A DNA stretch of 64,000 nucleotides from Clostridiales bacterium (GTDB lineage Bacteria > Bacillota > Clostridia > Oscillospirales > CAG-272). The stretch is taken from contig DUUJ01000001.1 of the NCBI GenBank assembly GCA_012841635.1, positions 159 through 64,158 of the forward strand, given 5' to 3'. Below, piece after piece: positions 38,865-47,317 of this stretch. The notes below the pieces were generated by a model that had not been told where the DNA came from, did no database searches, and saw only the letters and a program-made list of their open reading frames with translations. Each line of letters starts with the position of its first letter. The first letter of the stretch is position 1. A program made the translations under genes and the position numbers.

Positions 38865-39737
38865 TCAGTCTTTCAGGCCGGAGGTCGACATAGTTTCGAT
38901 GATGTTCGACTGAGTGATAACGAAAACCGTTATCGGAACGATCATCATCAGCACCGTCGAAGCAGCGGACGCGCCCGCACGGGCAACGCCTCCCGAAATG
39001 ATCTGGCTGATTGCATAGTTGAAGGTCTTGAGCTGCTCGGAGTAGATATAGATGGAGGCTCCCGAGTTCCAGAGTCCCTGGAAGGAATACACTATAAGCG
39101 TAAGCCAGGCCGGCTTAACCATAGGCATTGCAATATTCAGGAAGGTATAGAATTCGGAGGCTCCGTCGAGTCTTGCCGATTCAAGCACCGAGTCGGATAC
39201 AGAGCTGTCCATAAACTGCTTCATCAGGAAGAGACCCAGGGTCGAGCAGAAAGCCGGGACTATAACCGCAAGATAGGTGTCTATCCAGCCTAAAAGGGTC
39301 ATGGTGATGAAGTTGGTTATGGCGGAGACGGTGGTGTTGAACATCAAGGATTTGATGATCATTTCGAACATCCAGCCGCGGCCCGGGAAATCAATCTTCG
39401 AGAGCGCGTAGGCGCACATGGACGAGAGTATCAGATTTCCGAGGGTTCCGAACACCGAGATAAGAACGGTGTTGAATATGTAGCGGGAGAACGGCACCCA
39501 CGAGTCACTCATTAGAGTGAACAGGTCGGAGAAGTTCTGAAGCGTCGGACGAACGACATAAAAGCGCGGAGGGTACACGAAGAGCTCGTCGAAGGGCTTA
39601 AGCGACTGAAGTATGACATATAGCATCGGCAGGAACATGAACGCGCCCATAATTATCAGTATGGCGCTTATTCCTACGTCGCCTCCGACGGAGCGGTTCA
39701 GTACGACGCGATGTTTTCTTGTTCTTAATTTTGCCAT
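38865..39737 (-). CDS. carbohydrate ABC transporter permease
   Basis: ESARLDGASEFYTFLNIAMPMVKP EAA loop. Confidence 0.85.
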   Translation of the reverse strand: MAKLRTRKHRVVLNRSVGGDVGISAILIIMGAFMFLPMLYVILQSLKPFDELFVYPPRFYVVRPTLQNFSDLFTLMSDSWVPFSRYIFNTVLISVFGTLGNLILSSMCAYALSKIDFPGRGWMFEMIIKSLMFNTTVSAITNFITMTLLGWIDTYLAVIVPAFCSTLGLFLMKQFMDSSVSDSVLESARLDGASEFYTFLNIAMPMVKPAWLTLIVYSFQGLWNSGASIYIYSEQLKTFNYAISQIISGGVARAGASAASTVLMMIVPITVFVITQSNIIETMSTSGLKD

Positions 39738-39738
39738 C

Positions 39739-40734
39739 TTACTGACCTACCTTCGAAAGCAGCTTGTTAACCAACAGGTTTGCGCCGATCATTATAAGGA
39801 AGAGCAGCGTTGCGATTGCCGAGGCGTAACCGACCTCGAAACGCTGTCCGCCGTAGTCCTCAAGATGGTGCATGATGGTCCACGCGCTGTAGTTTACGGA
39901 CGGGAAGCCGGCAAGCGCGGTAACAATACCGCCGAAGCCGAACGAACCGGTGATTGACATAACGGCGCCGAAGAGAAGCTGCGGCTTCATCGACGGCAGG
40001 GTAATGAACCAGAGCTCCTGCCAGCGGTTGCGGACACCGTCGACAGCTCCCGCTTCATACAGCGAGCGGTCAACCGTCTGCAGTCCGGCAATGAAGCTCA
40101 GGAACGCAGTTCCAAGTGAAGTCCATAACGCGACTACGATACACAGCGGCATTACGAATGTTTCGTTTCTGAAGAATTGTATCGGAGTCGATATAAGCCC
40201 AAGGTAGATAAGTATACCGTTTACATATCCGTATGCGTCGCCCGAGAACATCGTCGCCCAGATAAGGTAGACGGCTCCGGAAATTGACGGCGCGTAGAAT
40301 ATGAGGGTTACAAATGCCCTGACTTTTGGCGCAAGTTCGTTTATAAACCACGCCATCATGAAAGACATCAGGTAGGAAGTCGGTCCCGTTATAGCGGCGA
40401 AGATAAGCGTGTTCTTTACGGCTATAACGAAGATATCGTCGTCAAGGAAGAGTCTTACATAGTTGTCCATGAAGACGAAATTAGGCCATTCAAGCATGTT
40501 GAATGTGGTAAAACTGAGTAAAAGCGAAAGCACGACCGGGATTACCGTGAATATGAAGAACAGGATCATGAACGGCGCTATCAAAGCATATGCTACTTTG
40601 TTGCGCTTCATTTCCTTCCAGGTCCATGCCGCTCTGCTCATATCGCCGCGGTTAACAGCGTGTTTTACAGCAGTAGCCGCTCCGCCGGACTGTTCGGCGG
40701 CAACGGTGGTTTTTTCGGTGTTTTTATCCGGCAT
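39739..40734 (-). CDS. sugar ABC transporter permease
   Basis: EAGAVDGVRNRWQELWFITLPSMKP EAA loop; 6 TM segments. Confidence 0.85.
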   Translation of the reverse strand: MPDKNTEKTTVAAEQSGGAATAVKHAVNRGDMSRAAWTWKEMKRNKVAYALIAPFMILFFIFTVIPVVLSLLLSFTTFNMLEWPNFVFMDNYVRLFLDDDIFVIAVKNTLIFAAITGPTSYLMSFMMAWFINELAPKVRAFVTLIFYAPSISGAVYLIWATMFSGDAYGYVNGILIYLGLISTPIQFFRNETFVMPLCIVVALWTSLGTAFLSFIAGLQTVDRSLYEAGAVDGVRNRWQELWFITLPSMKPQLLFGAVMSITGSFGFGGIVTALAGFPSVNYSAWTIMHHLEDYGGQRFEVGYASAIATLLFLIMIGANLLVNKLLSKVGQ

Positions 40735-40755
40735 TAACGATCCTCTCCTTCTTTA

Positions 40756-43731
40756 TTATTCGGCATTGGCGTCGCTGTCAGCCAAGCTCGGATCGACGAT
40801 CTCGCCTTCAGCGTTCTCAACAAAGCTGGTCGAATAGGATATCTCGTAGTATTCAAGGCCAAACTCCTTGCGCTTACGGGAGATTTCTTTGTTGATTTCG
40901 GTTATGTTGTCAAGCATTGATTCAACGGGGTCGGCATTATTGTTATAAGCATCCATGAATGCGAAGTCAACATAACGCGCGATGATGTAGCCGCCCGGAT
41001 ATTCCGGAACCGCGGCAAGATGCTGCATCTGAGCCTGAAGCGCTTTATACTCGGATGCCGTCCACGGCAGCTCGGCAAGAGCCTCCATGTTGGCGGTGTT
41101 GTATTTTGCGGCGGGTCCCATGACGGCGACAAGCTCGTTTGCATACTGAGCCTGAGGCTTGGCGTCGGTAAACCAGCCGATAAGCTTCCAGGCGGATTCA
41201 AGGTTCTTCGCGCCTCTCGGCATGACTACCGCGGATACGCCGGCGGGTGAAATGTGACTTACCGTTCCGTCATCTCTTTCCCAACCGAGTACAGGCACCA
41301 TTTCCCAGAGATTGGCAAGCTCGGAAGCATATACTATAAGGGTGTTGTAGGTGGTGTAGTCGACGATTCCGAGCGGCATCTCACCGGTACGGAAACGTGT
41401 GGGGAAGTCATAGGATACCGGGAAGCGGTAAGCGGTAAAGAGGTCGCAGATGGTTGAGAAGGCAGTAAGCGCAAGGTTGGAGTCAAGGTTGATGCGCTTT
41501 CCGTCATCGGCGTAAAGCTCGCCGCCCATCTGATACAGGGTGAAGATAGTTCCGCCGAGGTTGGACGGGAATGCAATATCCATCTTGTTGTTCTGAAGGA
41601 TCGGCAGGATGTTGAACATATCCGACCATGTATTGGGAAGATTGATTTCAAGCTCCGCAAATACATCCATGCGATAGAACATCATGCTGAAGGAGAGCGT
41701 TGACGGGATACCGTAAGTGGTTCCGTAAAGGGTCAGCGGAATCATTGCGGCAGGGCTGAACCTTGCCGTGACCTCGTCGAAGCCCTCGTAATCATTAAGA
41801 GGAAGAACGGCGGAACGAATAGCATAGTTGATGGTATCCGCCGAACCCAGGAAGGTGACGTCGGGACCGACGCCTGCGAGGATTGACGGGAGCAGTGAGC
41901 CGCCGGCGACGAGCTTGAGCTCGACTGCGACGTTCGACTCGGGAGTGAACTCATAGTCAATGAGCTGACGCAGGATCTGAGCCTGGTCGCGGCCTGCGGT
42001 GTACCACATGGTTACCGCTTCGTCGGATTGAACTTCGGATGTTGCTCCGATGGTGTTATAATCGCTGTAGAAGGAAGCGGCAAAGGTTCTTAGCTCATAC
42101 CACACCGCCTGATACCATGTGGCTTTGGCGCGCGGGAGCTTGGAGCCTACCTGCTGTACCGTGATATAGTCGAGCTCAAGCGACTGCTTCTGAGCGGTAT
42201 AAATCCAGGTTCCCAAAGTACCTAAGTAAGATTTGAGGTTTCCGAGGTTCTTGGCTAACTCGTCCTCGTCTCCCGACATGCGCTCGACAAGGTTTGCGAT
42301 GGTATCGAGCGTCGCGACGTTCTGGCCGCGTCCTTTGTTGATTTCGGCAAGATTGTTGGCTATTTCCCTGATAACCTTCGCTTCGTCCGCCATCGCCATA
42401 ATGGTTTCGGGGATAAGACGTCCGAAGTTATAGTCGCGGTATGCGTCAGGCGATGCGCCCGTGATCATAAGGATCTTGAGGTAAGCTGCGTTGAGGGTGG
42501 CAAGGCTGTCGGAAATCCTCGAAAGGATGTCAGCCATTTCACCCAGGTTAACTTCGAACTCAATGGTATTTTCGCCGGCTTTGAGAAGGAATTCGAAACC
42601 TTCGTGATAGCCGTCGTTAAGCGCGCATGACTGCCATGCGTCGTTATAAAGGAAACGGAGATAACTGGCTTCCTTGAACGGAACTTCGCCGTTTATGCGT
42701 ACCTGGCGGGACACATACATACCGGTCAGGATCTCCTGACGGTAACGGACGGCGATATTGTAAAGACCATCTTCGGGAACGGTCACAGTGTAACGGATCC
42801 ACTGTCCGACGGTTTCCCATTTGTCCGATCCGATGGTGTTCAGCTTTATGCGGCTGGCATCCTGCGGTTCGGTTATCGGCGAGCTGCGGTCATATATCGG
42901 ATATATAACCTGCTCTGAAGTATTGGTCGGGTTCTCTGCATTAATCTTGATCGGCTCCGCAAGAGTAACCTGCTTATATCCGGCGGCTTGGGCGGCTGCC
43001 AGATATTCTTCGTAAGTAGGCAGATTCACGACCGGAATGAAGCTTATCTTGCCTATTCCGACAGGTTCGCGGACAGCTTCAAGAGTAATCGTATGTTCGC
43101 CTTTTGTAAGATAGAATTCAAACGGTTCGACGATGAATCCGGTTGAATCGCAGGCGATATAGGTGCGCCATTCCGGAGTTTCGGCTTTGGTTGTGCGGAG
43201 ATCGTTTCCGGTGATATCGGTGCCAAAGACTCCGAATTCGCCCGGATATCGGTCGGCCCATACTTTGGTCATCTTAAGCGAACGGGCTTCATCAAACGGA
43301 ACTTTGCCGTCGATATAAAGCGAGCGCTCGATTGATGTTGCTTTGCCTTCGACGGGATAATACTCGATCTTGAAACAGTATTTTCCGTCGGACGGAACCG
43401 AGATCTTCCACGAAACCTTATCGGTTTCCGGAATGTAAAGGGCGGTGCGCCCTTCGAAGTTTTCGGTTTTTACTGCTGCGGTGGTATTTTCGGAATCGTA
43501 AGCCGTTCCGTCTACTTCACCGGCTGACGCTGCGTACGGATCATCCGCATGTTTTGCCTGATATTCGTTGTAGGAATCTGTGCCAAGCAGTTCCTTAACT
43601 TCTTCCAGGCTGCGCGAGAATGACGTCGTATCTGTTTCACCCGCCGCGTTTGACACGACCGGGAGAACACCGAGCAGCATAACCGCAACCAAGGAGAACG
43701 CGAGCATCCGTTTTGCTCTGGTTTTGTTCAT
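40756..43731 (-). CDS. giant (~990 aa) extracellular solute-binding protein with two N-terminal CBM-like beta-sandwich modules
   Basis: Start moved to MNKTRAKRMLAFSLVAVMLLGVLPVVSNA (GGAGG RBS at 43741-43745). Two internally repeated modules (SWKISVPSDGKYCFKIEYYP...FEFYLTKGEHTITLEAV and WIRYTVTVPEDGLYNIAVRY...FEFLLKAGENTIEFEV). The C-terminal ~550 aa are SBP-like. Confidence 0.75.
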   Translation of the reverse strand: MNKTRAKRMLAFSLVAVMLLGVLPVVSNAAGETDTTSFSRSLEEVKELLGTDSYNEYQAKHADDPYAASAGEVDGTAYDSENTTAAVKTENFEGRTALYIPETDKVSWKISVPSDGKYCFKIEYYPVEGKATSIERSLYIDGKVPFDEARSLKMTKVWADRYPGEFGVFGTDITGNDLRTTKAETPEWRTYIACDSTGFIVEPFEFYLTKGEHTITLEAVREPVGIGKISFIPVVNLPTYEEYLAAAQAAGYKQVTLAEPIKINAENPTNTSEQVIYPIYDRSSPITEPQDASRIKLNTIGSDKWETVGQWIRYTVTVPEDGLYNIAVRYRQEILTGMYVSRQVRINGEVPFKEASYLRFLYNDAWQSCALNDGYHEGFEFLLKAGENTIEFEVNLGEMADILSRISDSLATLNAAYLKILMITGASPDAYRDYNFGRLIPETIMAMADEAKVIREIANNLAEINKGRGQNVATLDTIANLVERMSGDEDELAKNLGNLKSYLGTLGTWIYTAQKQSLELDYITVQQVGSKLPRAKATWYQAVWYELRTFAASFYSDYNTIGATSEVQSDEAVTMWYTAGRDQAQILRQLIDYEFTPESNVAVELKLVAGGSLLPSILAGVGPDVTFLGSADTINYAIRSAVLPLNDYEGFDEVTARFSPAAMIPLTLYGTTYGIPSTLSFSMMFYRMDVFAELEINLPNTWSDMFNILPILQNNKMDIAFPSNLGGTIFTLYQMGGELYADDGKRINLDSNLALTAFSTICDLFTAYRFPVSYDFPTRFRTGEMPLGIVDYTTYNTLIVYASELANLWEMVPVLGWERDDGTVSHISPAGVSAVVMPRGAKNLESAWKLIGWFTDAKPQAQYANELVAVMGPAAKYNTANMEALAELPWTASEYKALQAQMQHLAAVPEYPGGYIIARYVDFAFMDAYNNNADPVESMLDNITEINKEISRKRKEFGLEYYEISYSTSFVENAEGEIVDPSLADSDANAE

Positions 43732-43744
43732 GGACTTTTCCTCC

Positions 43745-44350
43745 TGAAAAGAATTGGGGATGCCGGGTAAACAAAGTACCGTTTCCCGTAGTCGGCACCG
43801 GCTGCGTCTCATGACGGCCGGGAGCCCGGCGGACGGGAATTCCGCCTCTCCGGAGTTATTCCGGCTTCAGGGCAAGTCGGGATACGCTTTACAGCGGGAT
43901 TCCGCGGCGATCCGTGCGGGTCGGCCCCGCACGACGCCGTAAGGTCAGTTACAGCGCGCTTCAAGGGACGTGCTTTCAGCCCTTCAAGCCCATATGCCGC
44001 ATCATAATGCGGCAAATATGTCCTACGCTGCATACATGGTATGCTGCCCATACAAAACACTTGGCGTCGCAGACCGGAGACTTGACTTTTCCGGTCCGGG
44101 CAGCCAACCGTGTATGCGGCGTACCGTGCGCCGGCAGGATTTCCCTTCGGTAATTTGCCCTGTTGCTAAGTTCCACGGGTCATCCCCTCGGAACACCCGC
44201 AAAATCCGGTACTGCTGCTCTTAATGCAGCGGCGGCGGATTCACGGATGCGGAAATAACAGGCAAGGAACACAGCCCCGCTTCGGCCTGCCCGATCGTTT
44301 GCCGGGTAAGGAAGCCGGGTGCGTCCCGTTGATGATTATTCCCGCTTATT
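43745..44350 (-). ncRNA. candidate large structured RNA / ornate 5' leader of the giant-SBP operon (unclassified)
   Basis: ~600 nt, GC-rich, with no credible ORF in six frames. At least 14 hairpins or helices are readable by eye (listed in the findings). It lies between a minus-strand promoter at 44359-44387 and the operon RBS. Strand is assigned from context and is not certain. Confidence 0.45.
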
Positions 44351-44358
44351 ACTTAATA

Positions 44359-44387
44359 TGATATCATAGCCTGAGCCGGATGTCAAT
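44359..44387 (-). promoter_or_regulatory. sigma70-like promoter reading toward the structured leader and SBP operon
   Basis: On the minus strand: TTGACA (44387-44382), 17 nt, TATCAT (44364-44359). Confidence 0.5.
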
Positions 44388-44810
44388 AGTAAAAATATTC
44401 GTATCGGAAGGAATTTTTATGCAAATCGCGTTGTTTTTGGCCGTTTTTCACATAAAATGCGGTTTTTTCGGATACCGGCGGCAGTTTTTTACAAAATTTC
44501 TACATTATATATAAAGCTGATAAAACGCTCTTTCTTCGGCGCCGGCCGGGGATAAAAACATTGTTTTTCTTATCCGCGGCAAACCCGGGATACGGTTTTT
44601 ACCTTATTTTCCGCGATTTGCCGGGTATTTTTATTCACGCAGCCGGATAAATTATGCCTTTTGGGACGAATACCCCAAAGGGGATGATTGTTGTTTTATC
44701 CCGATATGTTCAATGGCGGAACATTGCATTAATTTTGCACAAACTTTGCGTTGTATTTTGAATTGCCAATATATAATGTTATTTCTAATGAGTTTTAACA
44801 TAGAAATCGA

Positions 44811-44842
44811 CAAAAACGGCTGACCTTAATTTAAGGTCAGCC
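44811..44842 (-). terminator. intrinsic terminator of the ABC-2/GldG/DUF4340 operon
   Basis: GGCTGACCTTAA-ATT-AAGGTCAGCC hairpin followed on the minus strand by GTTTTTG. Confidence 0.8.
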
Positions 44843-44857
44843 GGGGCTATATTTCTA

Positions 44858-45814
44858 TCAATATTCAACACCCAAAACAGAGAGAACCGTTTTTGCGGCT
44901 TCCGCATCCGCCGAGTAGACAAGGCCGCTGCCGCAGGTGAAATATCCGCTGCCGTCGACGACTCCGACGGTAAATGAGGCGGTTTTGTCGACATGGACAG
45001 TCGAAGTGTAGCTTGATGTCTGTCCCGAGTTGTCGGCGTTTTCCACCGTCTGCGCTTCTTTGCAGGCGATATCGACGGTGGCTCCGCGGTCGAAGCCGTA
45101 AGCCGTCATCGAGGCTTCTGCGGTGCTGCCGGGGCTGATATAGCCGACTGTGGCAAGTCCTCCGCGGACAATATCCGAAAACGCGGTTACGAGTTCTGCG
45201 GTTTTTTCGCTGTCAATCAATTCCGCCGCGAATGTCATCTCAATCGAGTTATATTTATCTTCGTCGAGCACCGGGGGGATATCGACATCCGCCAGATCGA
45301 GCAGCGAGTATTCGAAGAACGGATTCAGCCCGGTCGGTATTATATACACCTTGTCGGTGCCGCCGATGTTGAAGTAGTAGCCGTCAAGCATCTTGTTGTA
45401 GTCGCCGATCTTGTAATTTCTCTCGGCGTCTTCAAATACCGCGGTGATGTCGAGATAGGGGGAAGCGAGACCGTATTCGGCGAAATTCTCTTTCGTTTCC
45501 TCGACCAGCCGGTTGGCTTTTATCTTGCTTATCGCCGACGCCATCGAGGCGGGGAGCTCGAATTTTACCGGGAAGGAAGGATCTTCGGTATACTGCCATT
45601 TATAGAGAATGTCGTCGAATCTGAGAGCTATCATTTCGCCGTTCAGCGTGTATTTTATCTCTTTTATTTTTGACGGGTCGTCGTCGGCTATCATCATGTC
45701 TCCCGCGGGAGCCGGGGGCGGCGCTTCGGTTTTTGTGAGAGCTCTGACGAGGAAATACCCGCCTATCAGCGCCGCCATTACAACGGCGGCGATTATCAGA
45801 TTTTTAATTCGCAT
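44858..45814 (-). CDS. DUF4340-like protein (N-terminal anchor), last gene of the GldG-type operon
   Basis: Single N-terminal TM segment (LIIAAVVMAALIGGYFLV). Position after a GldG-like gene matches the conserved ABC/ABC-2/GldG/DUF4340 operon. Confidence 0.6.
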   Translation of the reverse strand: MRIKNLIIAAVVMAALIGGYFLVRALTKTEAPPPAPAGDMMIADDDPSKIKEIKYTLNGEMIALRFDDILYKWQYTEDPSFPVKFELPASMASAISKIKANRLVEETKENFAEYGLASPYLDITAVFEDAERNYKIGDYNKMLDGYYFNIGGTDKVYIIPTGLNPFFEYSLLDLADVDIPPVLDEDKYNSIEMTFAAELIDSEKTAELVTAFSDIVRGGLATVGYISPGSTAEASMTAYGFDRGATVDIACKEAQTVENADNSGQTSSYTSTVHVDKTASFTVGVVDGSGYFTCGSGLVYSADAEAAKTVLSVLGVEY

Positions 45815-45835
45815 TTTAAGAATACCGAAAATCCA

Positions 45836-47317
45836 TCAGGCGCGGCGGCGCTTTATCCAGACGCGCAGACCGATAAGGATAACCGTGATCGGGATGATTG
45901 CCGCTATCACGACGCTCCAGATATTCTTCTCAGTTTCGGTAAGCACCAGAGCCGCGACCTGGAGCTGTTTTGTCGCGATCGAAACCGATTCGCTTTTGCC
46001 GCCTATCCAGCCCATCGAAGTAAGGAAGAAGGTGCTGTTTCCGCCGGCGACATACTGATCGATGGTTTCATCAAGCAGATAGGGAGAGGTGAACCAGAGG
46101 AATCTGGTGTTCCCTTCCTCGGCTATTGCGGCTATCGCAAACGGTCCTTCGGTATCCCCGTCTCCGGGTTCAAGGTCGGATATTTCACCGTGTTTTGAAT
46201 AGGCGCTGTTTGAGGTATAAAGAAGGCTCGTCACATTGACAGTCGCCCTCGGAGCCGTTTCTGCGACTTTGATGCCCATCGAATACGGCATCATGACAAA
46301 GAAGTTCTCGGTTGGCATCGAGCTTATGATATCATGCGCGCCTATCTTCGGCAGCAGGAAATAGGGGTAGGTGTTATAGTGATTTGCCGAACCTTCAACG
46401 ACAAGTCCCCAGTCTCCCGTCATTCCGAAATATTCGCCGAGCTTCTGAATGTTCGGCCTCGGCGTGTCGTCGGAGAAGCCGGTAAACAGCACCAGAGAGC
46501 CGCCGCCCTTAAGGTAGTTCAGCAGCATATCGCTTTCGGTCGGGTTGATGTCCGCCGTCGGGAAATTGATAAGGACGCAGTCGGCGTCCGCCGGAACCGA
46601 TTCCGATGTAAGCAGATTAAGATCGGCAAGCTCGAAGTTATCGTCGCGGAGATAATTCTTCATCGTTTCGGTAAGTTCGGCTTCGCCGTGCCCGCCTAAA
46701 ATGTATATCTTGGGTATATCGTCGGTCGTGACATATTTGAGCGCCGATGTAAGCCTCGCTTCGCCGGCGTAGCTTGAGCTGGTTTTTATCTGATAAGTAT
46801 TCTCGTCTATGCTGTAATCGGTAACATAGATATCATTGTAGTCTATTACCTGGGAACGCTTGGCGCTTTCAACGATTACGGAAGAATCGGAGAGCGTCGC
46901 GGCTGTGTATTTCTCGGTGAAATTCGGATAAAGCGCCGGGTCGATCTGGCGGTATTTTATCTTGCTGTTGAGCCCGGTATACCTGCCTATCAGCTCGACT
47001 ATCGTATTGTCTTCGCTTCCCTGTTCGGCGACAAGATATATCATGACATCCTCGCCGACGCTTTTGGCAATCTCCTCCGATTCGGGAGTTATCGAGTAAA
47101 GACCGACCGAGCTGTTGTCGATTCTTGTGTATTTCGAAGGAATCCGGTTGACGATGAGGTTTACGAAAACCGCGGCTATAATGACTATCGCCGTTATAGC
47201 GACGCTGTAACCGCCCATGCGGAGACTGCGGCCGGAAAGGCTGTCCCGGTTATTTTCCGGCTTCCTTTCCTTTTCATTCAAATTCATTTTATCTTCCATT
47301 ATTATAATACCCCGCAA
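45836..47317 (-). CDS. GldG family protein (ABC-type uncharacterised transport system auxiliary component)
   Basis: N- and C-terminal TM anchors; large extracytoplasmic domain; operon context. Confidence 0.65.
   Translation of the reverse strand: MRGIIIMEDKMNLNEKERKPENNRDSLSGRSLRMGGYSVAITAIVIIAAVFVNLIVNRIPSKYTRIDNSSVGLYSITPESEEIAKSVGEDVMIYLVAEQGSEDNTIVELIGRYTGLNSKIKYRQIDPALYPNFTEKYTAATLSDSSVIVESAKRSQVIDYNDIYVTDYSIDENTYQIKTSSSYAGEARLTSALKYVTTDDIPKIYILGGHGEAELTETMKNYLRDDNFELADLNLLTSESVPADADCVLINFPTADINPTESDMLLNYLKGGGSLVLFTGFSDDTPRPNIQKLGEYFGMTGDWGLVVEGSANHYNTYPYFLLPKIGAHDIISSMPTENFFVMMPYSMGIKVAETAPRATVNVTSLLYTSNSAYSKHGEISDLEPGDGDTEGPFAIAAIAEEGNTRFLWFTSPYLLDETIDQYVAGGNSTFFLTSMGWIGGKSESVSIATKQLQVAALVLTETEKNIWSVVIAAIIPITVILIGLRVWIKRRRA

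Noticed and set aside
43729-43748. The minus-strand sequence CAGGAGGAAAAGUCCAUG resembles the GAGGAAAGUCCAUGC core of Firmicute RNase P RNA
   Set aside because: It coincides exactly with the RBS and ATG of the giant SBP gene. An RNase P RNA would have to extend ~350 nt downstream into a clearly protein-coding ORF. None of the other RNase P conserved blocks (ACAGAA...GGCUUA, GGUAAGAGCGCACC-like) are visible.
43880-43910. The minus-strand sequence GCGGAAUCCCGCUGUAAAGCG loosely resembles the cobalamin riboswitch core (..AAUCC...CCCGCCACUGUAA..)
   Set aside because: The B12 box GCCACUG is not intact, other conserved cobalamin blocks are missing, and a sugar-type SBP operon is not a B12 context. 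I treat it as part of the unclassified structured block.
43754-44224. Five 62-84-aa ORFs from the track lie inside the intergenic block
   Set aside because: They overlap each other on both strands, are Arg/Pro/Cys-rich with no RBS, and show no protein-like periodicity. This is typical of random ORFs in GC-rich non-coding DNA.
43762-44310. The 10-nt direct repeat TGCCGGGTAA at both ends of the structured block could be a target-site duplication of an inserted mobile element
   Set aside because: A single 10-mer repeat within ~600 nt is not very improbable by chance. There are no terminal inverted repeats or a transposase, and both copies sit inside predicted helices. It is mentioned under the RNA finding rather than called as a mobile element.
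44418-44511. A 30-codon ORF (MQIALFLAVFHIKCGFFGYRRQFFTKFLHYI) in the AT-rich region
   Set aside because: It has no RBS and no recognisable family, and it lies in promoter/operator-like DNA, so it is probably fortuitous.
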